Assembly (NCBI GenBank): GCA_964508025.1
Contig: CAZDSF010000005.1
Span: forward strand, 15,501 to 79,500
DNA length: 64,000 bases
Direction: 5' to 3'
From: an uncultured Anaerolineales bacterium
GTDB taxonomy: Bacteria > Chloroflexota > Anaerolineae > B4-G1 > SLSP01
Position numbers and translations under genes: made by a program. Shown one piece after another: positions 37,662 through 48,555 of this stretch; within the stretch, counting starts at the first letter, position 1, and each line of letters begins with the position of its first letter. Below the pieces are notes generated by a model. The model was given only the letters and a program-made list of their open reading frames with translations. It ran no database searches and was not told the origin of the DNA.

Positions 37662-38693
37662 TCAGCGACTGACGCGCCCAGAAGCGTCACCTGCCGCCAG
37701 CTTTTCGACTTCGGCGCGCGTGACCAGGTTGAAGTCGCCGAAAATGGAATGTTTGAGCGCCGAGGCGGCTACCGCAAAGTTCAGGGCGCGCCGCGGGTCG
37801 TTGAATTGGGTCAATCCGTAAATCAGCCCGGCGGCAAAACTATCGCCGCCGCCCACGCGGTCAACCATCGGCAGAATGTCGTAAGTGGGGGCGGAGAACA
37901 TTTGCTCGTCCTGCCAGAGCAGGGCGCTCCAGGCGTTGTGACTGGCGGAGCGCGAACCGCGCAGGGTGATGGCGATGGTTTTCAAGGAGGGGAAGCGGGC
38001 GTTGAGCGCTTCGCAGACGGCTTGATATTGCTCGGCGGAGACCTTGCCGCCCGTCACGTCCGCCCCCGCTGCGTGAATGCCGAAAACCTTTTCGGCGTCT
38101 TCTTCGTTGCCGATGGCAAGGTCGCACAGCCCGACCAGTTCGGACATCACTTCGCCCGCTGTTTTGCCCCAGCCCCATAATTTGGCGCGGTAGTTCAGGT
38201 CGCAGGAGATGACCAGGTTCTTGCGCCGCGCCGCCCGCAGGGCTTCGAGGCAGGCCTCGGCTGCCCCTTGCGAGACGGCGGGAGTGATGCCCGTCCAGTG
38301 CAGCCAGTCCGCGCCTGCCAGGGCTGCGTCCCAGTCCACCATGCCGGGCTGGATTTCGGCGAAAGCGGAATGGGCGCGGTCATAGACCACGTTGCTGCCG
38401 CGCTGCGCCGCGCCGTGTTCGAGGAAGTAAATCCCCAAGCGGCTGCCGCCCCGCAGGATGAAGCGGGTATCTACGCCATATTGCCGCAGGGACTGAATGC
38501 AGGCGTCGCCTAGCGGGTTGGCGGGCAGGCGCGAGACGAAAGCCGCTTCTAACCCGAAAATTGCCAGCGAGACGGCGACGTTCGACTCGCCGCCGCCATA
38601 GACGACATCGAAGGAACGAGCTTGTGCGAAGCGCAACTGCCCAGGCGGGGATAGGCGCAGCATGATTTCGCCAAAGGTGATAACGCGGGTCAT
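37662..38693 (-). CDS. kdgK: 2-dehydro-3-deoxygluconokinase (PfkB family)
   Basis: Sequence GGGESNVAVSLAIFG ... DRVGGGDSFAAGLIYG (PfkB signatures). Confidence 0.8.
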   Translation of the reverse strand: MTRVITFGEIMLRLSPPGQLRFAQARSFDVVYGGGESNVAVSLAIFGLEAAFVSRLPANPLGDACIQSLRQYGVDTRFILRGGSRLGIYFLEHGAAQRGSNVVYDRAHSAFAEIQPGMVDWDAALAGADWLHWTGITPAVSQGAAEACLEALRAARRKNLVISCDLNYRAKLWGWGKTAGEVMSELVGLCDLAIGNEEDAEKVFGIHAAGADVTGGKVSAEQYQAVCEALNARFPSLKTIAITLRGSRSASHNAWSALLWQDEQMFSAPTYDILPMVDRVGGGDSFAAGLIYGLTQFNDPRRALNFAVAASALKHSIFGDFNLVTRAEVEKLAAGDASGRVSR

Positions 38694-38741
38694 GGGGTCT
38701 CCTTTCTGGCAGTCCAACGTCGGGAGACTGTGGACTCCGAA

Positions 38742-39500
38742 TTACAAACGCGGGATGTGAAATCCGCCATCCACATAAAACACCTGCCCGGTGGAGTAAG
38801 GGAACAGCCCTTCGGCAATGGCAGCCACCGCTTTGCCCACATCGGCGGGACTGCCCCAGCGAGGGATGGGAAAGACGCCGGCAGCAATCATCTGGTCGTA
38901 TTTCTCGTGGACGGCGGCGGTCATGTCGGTTTCGATGATGCCGGGGCGGATTTCGTAAACGCCGATGCCGAACTCCGCCAGCCGCGCCGCCCACAGGGTG
39001 GTCATCATCGCCAGGCCGGCCTTGCTGATACAGTATTCGGCGCGGTTGGGGCTGGCCGTCACGGCGCTAATCGAGGTGATGTTGACGATTTTGGGCGATT
39101 CGGGTTTGAGGTCAATCATCGCCCGCGCCACGCGCTGGGTGAGGAAGAACGGCCCCCGCAGGTTGACGCGCAGCACTTCATCGTAACTTTCCGGCGAAGC
39201 CAAAAGCATATCGGCGCGAAGGCGCGGCGCCATGCCGGCGTTGTTGACCAGCAGGTTGAGCGTCCCGGCGGTTTGCAGGACGCGCTGCAGCAAGGCTTCG
39301 TGCTGGTCGAGGTCGCCCACATCGGCGCGGACAAGGAAACCATCCCCGCCGGCATTTTTCACCGCCTGGAGTGCGGCTTCAGCGGCGGCCTGGTCGGAGC
39401 GGTAGTTGAGGGCAATCGTCCAGCCGCGGCTTGCCAGGGCTTCGGCGATGCCGCGCCCGATGCCGCGTCCCGCGCCTGTGACCAGCGCCACGCCGTTCAT
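38742..39500 (-). CDS. SDR-family oxidoreductase (KduD/DhuD-like 2-keto-3-deoxygluconate dehydrogenase candidate)
   Basis: [12 protein letters not shown] cofactor motif plus YxxxK. Translationally coupled to the upstream GH gene (overlapping TGA/ATG). Confidence 0.75.
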   Translation of the reverse strand: MNGVALVTGAGRGIGRGIAEALASRGWTIALNYRSDQAAAEAALQAVKNAGGDGFLVRADVGDLDQHEALLQRVLQTAGTLNLLVNNAGMAPRLRADMLLASPESYDEVLRVNLRGPFFLTQRVARAMIDLKPESPKIVNITSISAVTASPNRAEYCISKAGLAMMTTLWAARLAEFGIGVYEIRPGIIETDMTAAVHEKYDQMIAAGVFPIPRWGSPADVGKAVAAIAEGLFPYSTGQVFYVDGGFHIPRL

Positions 39501-40588
39501 GCGCCCTCCAGCAGCGTGAGCGCCTGGTCGAGCGCCTGGACGAAGAAGTATTCGCCCCACATCACGCTTTCGTCCACGCCGAGATTTTTGGGGCGGTGGT
39601 ACACGCCATGTTTGAGAATGCCTTCCCAGCCCGGGGTATCGTTGGCGAGGTATTCCGGCGTGGTCAGCGTTGCCAGGGCGTTCAGGGCAAAGTCGCGGTA
39701 GGCGGTGTTTTGGGTCAGGTCGAACAGGTTGAGCAGCCCGCAGGCGGCAATGGCGGCGGCGGAACTATCCACCAGAACCGGACGGCGGGGGTCATCGTAA
39801 TCGTTGGGTGGGATGCCATCGGCGGGGGTGCGCTTGAGGTAGAAACGGGCGCAGGCTTCGGCGGTTTCCAGATAGTCCGTTTCGCCGGTCATCTGATAGG
39901 CCGTCCCGAAGCCGTACAACGCCCAGGCCAGCCCCCGCGCCCAGGCCGAGTCGCCGCGCCAGCCCTGATGGGTGGTCTGCCGCAGAAACTCGCCCGTTTG
40001 CAGGTCGAAAATGCCTTCGTGGGCGGTGGAGCCGTCGCCGCGCACCAAATAGCGGCGGGTGGTCTGACAGTGGGCGTGCGCTTTGCGGAGCAGGTCGTCA
40101 TCTCCTGTTTGCTGGGCGGCATAGAAGACAATCCCGACGTTCATCATGATGTCAATGAACAGGGAGTCATCGGCCACGAAAGAGCGCAGGTATTGCCCTT
40201 TTTCTTTGAAGCGCAGGCCCATCGTCTGCCCGGCGGTGATGACCACCTGGTTGAGGGACTCGTCGCCGGTCAAGTCGTACCAGCGTTTGTAGGTGGACCA
40301 GAAGAGGAAGCCCAGGTCATGCACAGCGCGGTCGGTTTTGCGATGCTCGAGCAGAAGCGAGTAGCGTTCGGCTTTGGCGCGCCATGCGGCGCTGCCCGTG
40401 CGGGCGTGGAAAATCCACATCATGCCGCCTAGAAAGCCTTCGCACCAGTTCGTCCAGGTCTCGCCGCCGTGTTGCCAGCGTCCGTTGACGGTGTACATCG
40501 GGAAATAGTCGGGATAGTTCTCGCTCAGCGCGGCAACCTGTTTTTGGGCAAGGTCGAAGGCGTGGCGTAGGGCTGGAAGGATGTCCAT
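39497..40588 (-). CDS. Unsaturated glucuronyl/rhamnogalacturonyl hydrolase (GH88/GH105)
   Basis: (alpha/alpha)6 pattern ...[14 protein letters not shown]...HDLGFLFW...; adjacent to kduD-kdgK-eda. Confidence 0.7.
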   Translation of the reverse strand: MDILPALRHAFDLAQKQVAALSENYPDYFPMYTVNGRWQHGGETWTNWCEGFLGGMMWIFHARTGSAAWRAKAERYSLLLEHRKTDRAVHDLGFLFWSTYKRWYDLTGDESLNQVVITAGQTMGLRFKEKGQYLRSFVADDSLFIDIMMNVGIVFYAAQQTGDDDLLRKAHAHCQTTRRYLVRGDGSTAHEGIFDLQTGEFLRQTTHQGWRGDSAWARGLAWALYGFGTAYQMTGETDYLETAEACARFYLKRTPADGIPPNDYDDPRRPVLVDSSAAAIAACGLLNLFDLTQNTAYRDFALNALATLTTPEYLANDTPGWEGILKHGVYHRPKNLGVDESVMWGEYFFVQALDQALTLLEGA

Positions 40589-40590
40589 GT

Positions 40591-41934
40591 TTACTTGTTC
40601 TCCAAAAAGGCTCGAATCCCATCCAGCAGAATCTGTTCGCTTTCAGGGGCGAAGGGGGCGGGGTGATTGCACCAAACGTTGCCGAGTTCGACTTCGTAGC
40701 CGCCTTCGAGAATCTGCTGGCGGGTGGAGAGATAGGCGACGACGCCATTGGCGTAGCAGACCGGCGCGATGGTCTGGTCAGGGAACATGCGCCGCAGGTT
40801 TAAGCCGTACTCAACGCTGGCTTCGGCGCCGATACCGAGCAGGGCGACGTTTTTGGCGAAGCGCCAGGCGCTGAGCCGCACAGGGACATCGGGGCGCAGG
40901 CGGTTTTCGGGGTCTGCCAGCAGATAGCGGGCAAAGGCGGCCCAATCCGGCTCCCAGGGTGGGCGGTGGGCATAGTCGGTAGCGGCCATCTTTTGGAAAT
41001 GCTCCAGCGGAGGGATAGGGGCGAGGGGTAGGAAGACTTCGGTCGAGCGGCAATCCAGTTGCGGGTCGAGGGCAGCGGGCGGGGCGGCGTTCAGGGCGGC
41101 GGTCACACTTTCGCCCAGTTCCCGCCCCAGGCGCAGCACGTCCTGATATGTACCGAAAAATTCGCCGCGTTCATCGGTGACGTTGGGGTTGATTTCGGCT
41201 TCGCAGCCAGGCAGGTAGATGGCGGTGCAGTCGGGCAGGGCCGCTTCGATGTACCGCCGCGCCGCGCCGGGGAACTCGGCGGTGATGATGTTGCTGGTGC
41301 TGCCCAGCGTGTCGGCGTGGCAGGCATAGTTGAACAAGACCAGGCGGCGCGGGCTAACCGTGTCGGCAAATTGCAGGATGATGGCCTGTTCATCGCGGGG
41401 GCCGGCAGGGTTGGGCAGCATTTCGATTTCGCCGTTGGCGTTGGGCCGGCGGCGATTGATGCCAAAGGTGACGTGGGCGGTCGCGTGGGTCAGGCGATAG
41501 TCCCCATCGAGACGGCTGAGGGCCAGGGCGGCGTCGGTCAGGATGGTCTGTTCGAGGCGGTCGAGATATTGCTGGTCGGCTTCGCCGTAGTCCATGAAAC
41601 TATAGGGGATGACGGGGCCGCTGTGATTGTGGGAGGCGACGAGCAGGACGTTCTGCGGCGGGACGCCGAAACGCTCCTGGAACTGGCGCGTGATGCCGTC
41701 ATAGAAGTATTCTGCCAGCCCAATCAGGTCGGCGGCAACCAGCAGCGCGCGAGTTTCGCCGCGCTGGAAGGCGACGGTTTGCAGGATGAGCGGGTCGGCG
41801 ACGGCGGTGCTGCCCCCCACGCGCTCGGCGTAGCCCATCAGGCGGGCGCCCACCGCGGGCGTAATGTCGGAGACGGCAAGGCCGATCTGTAACGACGAGG
41901 GGTTGTCGGCGGAACGTGCGCGTTCGTTCATCAT
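40591..41934 (-). CDS. Neutral/alkaline ceramidase N-terminal-domain-like hydrolase (hypothetical)
   Basis: N-terminus [19 protein letters not shown] resembles the Ceramidase_alk N-domain; otherwise unassigned. Confidence 0.45.
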   Translation of the reverse strand: MMNERARSADNPSSLQIGLAVSDITPAVGARLMGYAERVGGSTAVADPLILQTVAFQRGETRALLVAADLIGLAEYFYDGITRQFQERFGVPPQNVLLVASHNHSGPVIPYSFMDYGEADQQYLDRLEQTILTDAALALSRLDGDYRLTHATAHVTFGINRRRPNANGEIEMLPNPAGPRDEQAIILQFADTVSPRRLVLFNYACHADTLGSTSNIITAEFPGAARRYIEAALPDCTAIYLPGCEAEINPNVTDERGEFFGTYQDVLRLGRELGESVTAALNAAPPAALDPQLDCRSTEVFLPLAPIPPLEHFQKMAATDYAHRPPWEPDWAAFARYLLADPENRLRPDVPVRLSAWRFAKNVALLGIGAEASVEYGLNLRRMFPDQTIAPVCYANGVVAYLSTRQQILEGGYEVELGNVWCNHPAPFAPESEQILLDGIRAFLENK

Positions 41935-42558
41935 TCATCCTTTCGCATTCATCGTTTCAATGACTTCATCCGTGGTCAATACGCGCCCTAACTTGCGGCG
42001 GACGATGTCGAGGACGGCGTCCTGGATGTGCGGCCAGAGGGTGGCGCATCCATCGGAGACGAGGGTGACGTGGTACTCGCGCGTGGAGGCGCTGAAGGTC
42101 GTGCCAAGCACGCACAGGTCGGTCATCACCCCCGTAATGACGAGATGCCGAATATCTCGGGCGCGCAGGAGCTGGTCGAGGGGCGTGCCGTAGAATTTGT
42201 CCAGCGAGTAGCCCTGGATAACGGCTTCATTCGGCAGGGGCGCAAGCGGCGGGTAGATTTCGGGGCTTTCGGGGCCGACGGCGTCCAACTGACAGTTGCC
42301 CGAAGGATGCCCGTACCCTGTTGGCTGTCCGGGGAGGGGCGGCAGGTGTTCGATGCCGAAAGGGTCAACCCGCTGGGTGGGGATGGTGGGACTGGCGACA
42401 AAGGCGGTGTAGATGACGGGCAAGCCGTGCGCGCGGAACGCATCCCGCAGCCGCTGGATGTTGGGGATGATTGCCAGCCCCGGCGGGACGGTGAGTGAGG
42501 CTTCGGGGTGCAGGAAGCCGGTTTGCATGTCTATGATCAAGAGGGCGGTGCGATTCAT
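41935..42558 (-). CDS. Isochorismatase-family cysteine hydrolase
   Basis: Sequence ALLIIDMQTGF...ITGVMTDLCVLGT (catalytic Cys). Confidence 0.8.
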   Translation of the reverse strand: MNRTALLIIDMQTGFLHPEASLTVPPGLAIIPNIQRLRDAFRAHGLPVIYTAFVASPTIPTQRVDPFGIEHLPPLPGQPTGYGHPSGNCQLDAVGPESPEIYPPLAPLPNEAVIQGYSLDKFYGTPLDQLLRARDIRHLVITGVMTDLCVLGTTFSASTREYHVTLVSDGCATLWPHIQDAVLDIVRRKLGRVLTTDEVIETMNAKG

Positions 42559-42605
42559 GGGCTATTCTCGTTATGTGTTACGCAGAGAGGGACGCGCAGC
42601 GTGTT

Positions 42606-43622
42606 TTACGTCATGTGGTCGTACTGCCACAAATCCACCACGCCTTTGAGCGGGCGGCCTTCCAGGTAGGCGGCGGCGTTGTCGAGGGCGTAGAGGCCGC
42701 AGTCTACGCGGCGGTCGGCGGTGGGGCCGGCGATGTGCGGAGTGAGGAAGACGTTGGGCAGACCGCGCAGGGGCGAATCAGCGGGCAGGGGTTCTTCCGC
42801 ATAAACATCCAGCGCCAGGGTCACGCTGCGCTCGCGCGCCAGCCGTATCAGGGCGGCTTCGTCCACCACTCTGCCGCGTCCACTGTTGACGAAAATTCCG
42901 CCGTCGGGCAGGCGGCTGAGCAGTTCCCACGTCACCACGCCGCGCGTTTCGGGGATGAGGGGGGCGAGTTCCACCACGATTTCGTTATCGCCGAAGAGGG
43001 CTTCCAGGCTCTCAGCGCGGGTCACGCCGGCGGCGGCGAATTTTTCGGGCGGGTCGTGGGGGGCATGGGCGGAAATCTGACAGTCGAAGGGGCGCAGCAG
43101 TTGGACGAGGGCCTGGGCGATGTGGCCGAAGCCGTGGATGCCCACTTTGCGCCCGAACAGGCTGCGCGGCCCCGTAAAGGTCTGCGGATTCCAGGGGCGA
43201 TCATCCCACTCCTTGTGGATGTGCATGGAAATCTGGTGATAGGCGGCCTGACGCAGCGCAGCCAGGATTTGCAACAGGCAATGCTCGGCTACCAGCCGCC
43301 CGATGGAATCGCCCCAGTTGGTGACGAGGATGCCTTGTTCCAGAATGCGGCGCGAAATCATCCAGCGCACCGAACCGCCGCTGGAGGCGATGTAGCGCAG
43401 CGAGGAGGCGCGGGCGGGCAGGTCATCGGGCAGTTCGAAGACGTTCCAGCCGGTGAGCAGGATGGGGGAGTGCGTTTCGTTTAGGGCCGCGATGGCGGCA
43501 TCCACGCCGAGCGCAGCGTTCACGAAGCGGGTCTCGAAGGGCAGGTCGGGGCGCAGCGCCAGCGCCGGGGCGATAAACTCGGCGTAGTTGGAGGGTTCCA
43601 TGAAGACGGGAATAGTAAGCAT
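42606..43622 (-). CDS. D-isomer-specific 2-hydroxyacid dehydrogenase family protein
   Basis: NAD-binding GIHGFGHIA motif and the catalytic R/E/H pattern. Confidence 0.8.
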   Translation of the reverse strand: MLTIPVFMEPSNYAEFIAPALALRPDLPFETRFVNAALGVDAAIAALNETHSPILLTGWNVFELPDDLPARASSLRYIASSGGSVRWMISRRILEQGILVTNWGDSIGRLVAEHCLLQILAALRQAAYHQISMHIHKEWDDRPWNPQTFTGPRSLFGRKVGIHGFGHIAQALVQLLRPFDCQISAHAPHDPPEKFAAAGVTRAESLEALFGDNEIVVELAPLIPETRGVVTWELLSRLPDGGIFVNSGRGRVVDEAALIRLARERSVTLALDVYAEEPLPADSPLRGLPNVFLTPHIAGPTADRRVDCGLYALDNAAAYLEGRPLKGVVDLWQYDHMT

Positions 43623-43637
43623 AGCAGTTCTCAGTCC

Positions 43638-44480
43638 TTAGTTCGTTTTCAGTGACCAGTTGCGGAAAAGTTTCACGTCGCGGGAGACCTGTTCGAGGGC
43701 GGCTTCGGCGCTGAGGAGGGCGAAACAGTTCTCGTCGCGGTATTCGCCGAAGAAGATGACGGGTATCTCGGCGAGATGGGGGAGCAGGGGCAGAATCTCG
43801 CGCCAGGGGGTATTGCCCGCGCCGAGCGGACCAAACTCCGCCGATTGATTGCGTTGTCCCCCACAGTGACGGTGATTGCCGTCCACCCAGCGGAAATCCT
43901 TCACGCCGAGCGCGGCGATGTGGTCGGAAATCAGGTCGAGGCTCATTAGCCAGCCCAGCCCGCCGCCTTCGATGGTCGCGTGCGCAGGGTCGTAGTATAG
44001 GCCAAGATGGGCCGGGTCTATGCCTTCCAGGACGTAGTCCAGGTCGCAGAGGTTGGCGCCGAACTGCTCGCAGGAGTGGTTTTGGATGAGTCCCGTGATG
44101 CCCAAATCAGCATTGAGAGCAGCGAGGTCGCGCAGGCAGGCGCGGACTTCCGTCCGCAGGGCGCGCAGGCTGCCAAACTCGCGGTAGAGCCAGTTGTTGA
44201 CCTGGTAATGCGTCACGCCGAGGGCGCGGGCGGTTTGCAAGACGCGGCGCGTCAGCGGGTCATCGGCGCGCTGGATAGCGGTGGTGATTTTGCCAATCCG
44301 CAGCCCCTGGGCAGCGAGAATCTCAGCGGCGCGGGGCAGCTCGGTCTCCGCCGCTTCGGGGCGAAGATTGCCGTTGGGACGGACGCTCAAATCCAGCCCG
44401 TCCAGCCCCATTGCGCCAGCGCGGGCGGCGAGTTCGGGCAGGGGCACATCCTGGAAGAATTCGGCGAAGAGCAGCAACAT
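43638..44480 (-). CDS. Sugar phosphate isomerase/epimerase (xylose-isomerase-like TIM barrel)
   Basis: Length and motif distribution typical of the AP_endonuc_2 family. Confidence 0.6.
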   Translation of the reverse strand: MLLLFAEFFQDVPLPELAARAGAMGLDGLDLSVRPNGNLRPEAAETELPRAAEILAAQGLRIGKITTAIQRADDPLTRRVLQTARALGVTHYQVNNWLYREFGSLRALRTEVRACLRDLAALNADLGITGLIQNHSCEQFGANLCDLDYVLEGIDPAHLGLYYDPAHATIEGGGLGWLMSLDLISDHIAALGVKDFRWVDGNHRHCGGQRNQSAEFGPLGAGNTPWREILPLLPHLAEIPVIFFGEYRDENCFALLSAEAALEQVSRDVKLFRNWSLKTN

Positions 44481-44493
44481 GCACTTCCCTCGC

Positions 44494-45735
44494 TCAGACC
44501 GGTTCCACAGATTGAAGCGCAGTCTCGATGACCTCCGCCGCGAGTTCGATCTCGGCGGGGGAGTAGAGCGGATTCACGTCAATATGCACGGCGCGGCTGA
44601 GCAGGTCGAGCGTGCGCGGGCAGGCTTCGGGCGAGTAGTCCACCGGGCGGGGGGCGGAGGCCCAGGGCTGGTTGGCGGCGTTCCAGGCGCGTTTATTGAC
44701 GATGGGTGTCCAGTGGGTGTATACGTGATAGTCCACTTCGGCGGGATCGTAGAGGGTGTAGGCTTCCACGTTCCCCTCGCTGATGACGCCGGCGAGGGCT
44801 TTGGCGTGCTGCGCGCTGCGGGCAAAGAAAATGAAGGCGATACTCGCGTCGCCCTGCGGGTCGGGAATTTGTTGCAGGGTCACGCCTTGCGCTTCGGCGA
44901 CGGGGCGCACGGCGGCTTGCAGGACGGCCTTGTAGGCGCGCATGGTTGTCAGCAGCGGGTCGAGTTTATCCAGTTGCGCCAGGGCGACGGCGGCGAGCAG
45001 TTCGGGCATACGGAAGTTGACGCCCCACAGGATACTCTCGGCGGGCAGGTTGTTGCGCAGACCGCCGATGACATCGTGGTACATCAGGGCGCGCTGGTAG
45101 ATGTCTTCGTCATCGGTCAGAACCATGCCGCCTTCGCCCGAAGTAATGATTTTGTTGAATTGCAGGCTGAAACAGCCTGCGTCTCCAAACGCGCCGAGTC
45201 GCTGCCCGTGATACGAAGCGCCGTCAGCCTGCGCGGTGTCTTCGATGACTTTGAGATTGTGGGCGCGGGCGAAAGCCATCAGTTCAGCCATGCGGCAGGG
45301 GACGCCGCGCATGTGGACGGGGATGATGGCGCGGGTGTAAGGGCTGAGGCGGTTGGGCAGGTCGGCAGGGTCGAGGGTCAGGCTTTCGTCCACTTCGGCG
45401 ACAACGGGAATGGCGCCCACAGCCAGCACGGCGGAGGCGGTGGCAATCCAGGTGTAGGCGGGGATGATGACTTCATCGCCGGGGCCGAGTCCCAGGGCTT
45501 GCAGAGCGGTGACGAGCGCCGCGGTGCCGCTGGTGACCGCCAGGGCGTACTTTGCGCCCATCTTTTCGGCGAAACGTTTCTCCAATGCTTCCACTTTGGA
45601 GGGCGCGTCGGTGGGGCCGTAATAGCGAAACAGGCGTTTCTGGCGGATGGAATCCACAGCTTGCGCGATTTCGGCGTCATCCAGGATATTGCCGCCGGGG
45701 TACATCGGCGGGCAGGGATGGGGGAGGGAGGTCAT
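44494..45735 (-). CDS. DegT/DnrJ/EryC1/StrS-family PLP-dependent sugar aminotransferase
   Basis: Sequence AVTSGTAALVTALQALGLGPGDEVIIPAYTWIATASAV... Confidence 0.8.
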   Translation of the reverse strand: MTSLPHPCPPMYPGGNILDDAEIAQAVDSIRQKRLFRYYGPTDAPSKVEALEKRFAEKMGAKYALAVTSGTAALVTALQALGLGPGDEVIIPAYTWIATASAVLAVGAIPVVAEVDESLTLDPADLPNRLSPYTRAIIPVHMRGVPCRMAELMAFARAHNLKVIEDTAQADGASYHGQRLGAFGDAGCFSLQFNKIITSGEGGMVLTDDEDIYQRALMYHDVIGGLRNNLPAESILWGVNFRMPELLAAVALAQLDKLDPLLTTMRAYKAVLQAAVRPVAEAQGVTLQQIPDPQGDASIAFIFFARSAQHAKALAGVISEGNVEAYTLYDPAEVDYHVYTHWTPIVNKRAWNAANQPWASAPRPVDYSPEACPRTLDLLSRAVHIDVNPLYSPAEIELAAEVIETALQSVEPV

Positions 45736-45771
45736 AAGAAAGTGTGCTCCTTTCAGGTTGCAGGTGATGTG

Positions 45772-46848
45772 TTACAGGGCGGCCTGACTTGACATTTCTG
45801 ATGGAAGGGTGGTCGTCAGCGCTATCGCCGCGCCGCTTTGCGCTGATTGCTCGATAGCGCTCATGGCCTCGAGGACGTGCAGGGCCAGGACGGCGGAGGT
45901 CTGTGGTGCGGCTCCGGTTTGCAGACAGGCGGCCAGGTCGAGCAGGCCGGCGCCGCGTCCGGCGGCGGCGTTGGCGATCAATGGGAGTTCAGTGCTTTCG
46001 CCTTGCGCATTCGTGACATGGACGGGGCCGTCGAAGGTGTTGGGGTCGGGGCAGGCGAGCGTGCCAGCGCTGCCGTAGATTTCGAGGTAGGGCAGGCTGG
46101 TCTGCCAGATGTCGAAACTCATGATCAAGGTTGCCAGCGCGCCGCTGGCAAATTCCAGGCTGGCGGTGTAATGCGTGTTGACCTGCACTTCCAGCGTGCG
46201 CATCTGCCCCGGCACGCTCGTGACCGTCCGCGTGGGGAAGGAGGCGCGGGCGAAGGCGGACACGCGGCGGATGGGGCCGAGCAGGTGGACGAGCGCGGTC
46301 AGGTAGTAGGGGCCCATGTCGAAGAGCGGGCCGCCGCCGGGCTGATAGTAGAAGTCGGGGGCGGGGTGCCAGTCTTCGTGACCGTGGCAGGTCATGAAGG
46401 CGCAGGCGGCGACCGGGTCGCCGATTTTTCCATCGGCGATTGCCTGTCGGCAGGTCTGGATGCCACTCCCCAGGAAGGTGTCGGGCGCGCAGGCGAGCAA
46501 CACGCCCTTTTGGCGGGCGGTTTCGAGCAGCGTTTTGCCCTGTTCGAAGGTGAGCGCCAGCGGCTTTTCGGAGTACACGTGCTTGCCCGCTTGCAGCGCG
46601 GCGAGCGTCACGTCGAAATGCGCCAGCGGCGGGGTGAGATTGAGGACCAGGTCAATTTCTGGGTGGGCGAGCAGGTCCTGAGTCGAGAAGGCGGAAATGC
46701 CGTAACGGCGGGCAAAATCCTGGGCCCGGGACGTTTCCTTATCCGCGCACGCGGTCACGCGCGCCAGGGACGCGCCCGAGAGGGTTTGCATGTATTCGCC
46801 GCTGATGTTGCCGCAACCGATAAGTCCAACGCGCAGGTAAGCCATCAT
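45772..46848 (-). CDS. Gfo/Idh/MocA-family NAD(P)-dependent oxidoreductase
   Basis: Sequence LRVGLIGCGNISGEY (Rossmann). Confidence 0.8.
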   Translation of the reverse strand: MMAYLRVGLIGCGNISGEYMQTLSGASLARVTACADKETSRAQDFARRYGISAFSTQDLLAHPEIDLVLNLTPPLAHFDVTLAALQAGKHVYSEKPLALTFEQGKTLLETARQKGVLLACAPDTFLGSGIQTCRQAIADGKIGDPVAACAFMTCHGHEDWHPAPDFYYQPGGGPLFDMGPYYLTALVHLLGPIRRVSAFARASFPTRTVTSVPGQMRTLEVQVNTHYTASLEFASGALATLIMSFDIWQTSLPYLEIYGSAGTLACPDPNTFDGPVHVTNAQGESTELPLIANAAAGRGAGLLDLAACLQTGAAPQTSAVLALHVLEAMSAIEQSAQSGAAIALTTTLPSEMSSQAAL

Positions 46849-46880
46849 TCTCCTTTTCCTCGCCCCCCGGCGGTTTCTCT

Positions 46881-46915
46881 CGAAAGGGAGAGGCGCCGCG
46901 TCCCTCTCCCTTTCG
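46881..46915. terminator. 13-bp stem hairpin between the SBP gene end and the Gfo/Idh gene start
   Basis: CGAAAGGGAGAGG-cgccgcgtc-CCTCTCCCTTTCG; no U-tract. Confidence 0.35.
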
Positions 46916-46941
46916 GATGCCAGCAGGGTAACAGTGAGCGA

Positions 46942-48300
46942 TTATTTGTTGTAAGTCGCGTTGAGTTCCTTTAACTTCTCGATGAGTTGGGTCTCGAAGG
47001 CCGGCAGGCTGTTGGCGGCGGTGTCGGTGCCGCTCTCGATGGCGTCGAAGGCCGTGGTCAACACGTTATTGATCTCACCCCATCCGACCACGCTGGGAGC
47101 GGGGGCGATTCTGCCGTATTCGAGCGCGCCTGTCATCACCTGCACGATTTCTTCGCGCGTCATGTAGGGAATCATGTCATAGAATTCTTCCATCAGGCTC
47201 ATGCGGGCTGGCGGGTTGGAGCCGCGCTTGAGATAGTCGCGCTGCATCTCCAGCGAGGTGAGGAAGGAGAGCAATTTCCAGGCCTCTTCGGGGTGCTTGC
47301 TCTGGCTGGACATCATCCAGGGGTTGGCGTAGGTGTGAACGGTGCGCCGGACCTTTGGATCGCCATACGGCACCGCGCCGATGCCCCACTTGAAATCGGT
47401 GACGCTGAAGGTGTTGCCGAAGCCCCACACGCCCCACATCTGCATGGCGGTCTTGCCCATCACAAACGGATCGCCGCCGGTGGCTTCCCACTCCGGGCCG
47501 GTCTGGTCGAAATGGTATTTGTAGGTCACGTCCTGATATTTCTGGAAGATTTCCAGCAGGGCCGGGTCGCTCAGGTTGGCCTGGGTGGCAAAGCCTGTTT
47601 TGTAGATGCTCTCGGGGAAGATGTCCTTGCCCCATAGCCAGGCGAAGGTGTTGACGGGATACAGGCCGCGGCTGATGCACCAGGTGGAATTGGCCGGGTT
47701 CGCTTCATCGCGGTAGGCAATCTTGGAGCAGGCTTCCAGCAGGCGGTCCCAGGTCCAGGAGGTGTCGCTCCAGTCGGTGGGCGGGTATGGCACGCCCGCT
47801 GCGTCGAACATATCCTTGTTATAGAAAATGTAGGCGGAACCCAGGGTATGCGGAAGGCCGTAGATTTTGCCGTTGATGGTGAAGAACTCCACCACAGCCG
47901 GGTAGAAGTCGCTCAAGTCATACTTGTCGCGTTCGATGTACGGGGTCAGGTCGGCGATCAGGCCGCGCGCGTAGTAGTCCTTGAAGCCGCTTGGCCCCCA
48001 GGTCGTCCAGATGTCGGGGGGCGTGCCGGCGGTATTCATGGCAATCATCTTGGTATCGAACTCGTCCCAGGCGACAGTCATGACGGTGACTTTGATGTTG
48101 GAGTTTTGCTTCATGAACTCTTCGGCGACGAAGTTCAGCCAGGCTGCACCGCCCGTGGTGTAGATTGTCAGTTCCACAGGGCCGGTGGAGGTGGGCGCGG
48201 AGGCGCCCGTATCCGCGCCTGGTGAAGCGCAGGCAGAGAGCAGCATCATCACGGTCATCAGCACAGCTAAGACAGGGAATACACGGCTGCGTTTCATCAT
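46942..48300 (-). CDS. ABC transporter solute-binding lipoprotein (sugar)
   Basis: Sequence MMKRSRVFPVLAVLMTVMMLLSACAS (lipobox). Confidence 0.8.
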   Translation of the reverse strand: MMKRSRVFPVLAVLMTVMMLLSACASPGADTGASAPTSTGPVELTIYTTGGAAWLNFVAEEFMKQNSNIKVTVMTVAWDEFDTKMIAMNTAGTPPDIWTTWGPSGFKDYYARGLIADLTPYIERDKYDLSDFYPAVVEFFTINGKIYGLPHTLGSAYIFYNKDMFDAAGVPYPPTDWSDTSWTWDRLLEACSKIAYRDEANPANSTWCISRGLYPVNTFAWLWGKDIFPESIYKTGFATQANLSDPALLEIFQKYQDVTYKYHFDQTGPEWEATGGDPFVMGKTAMQMWGVWGFGNTFSVTDFKWGIGAVPYGDPKVRRTVHTYANPWMMSSQSKHPEEAWKLLSFLTSLEMQRDYLKRGSNPPARMSLMEEFYDMIPYMTREEIVQVMTGALEYGRIAPAPSVVGWGEINNVLTTAFDAIESGTDTAANSLPAFETQLIEKLKELNATYNK

Positions 48301-48555
48301 TCTACTCCTTTCAGAATACTTGAAAAGCTGGAAGGGTTCAAGCAATAGCTTGAAGATTCTGTTGACTCGTTTACCTTAAAGTGTTTGAGCATCGTTCACA
48401 CATTGCCAGGACAAACGCTGTACGGGTGAGTTTTCTTAAAAGCACAATCCTTTCAAATGCTGCTCCTTTCGATAATGATATGTTGAAAAAGCTGACGGGT
48501 TTGCAGCTACCGAGAACTAGGTTTCGATTCCTCCTGAAAGCCAAAAGTGTTTTGC

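Noticed and set aside
44281-46974. 503-aa and 375-aa plus-strand ORFs
   Set aside because: They are antisense to the DegT aminotransferase and Gfo/Idh genes.
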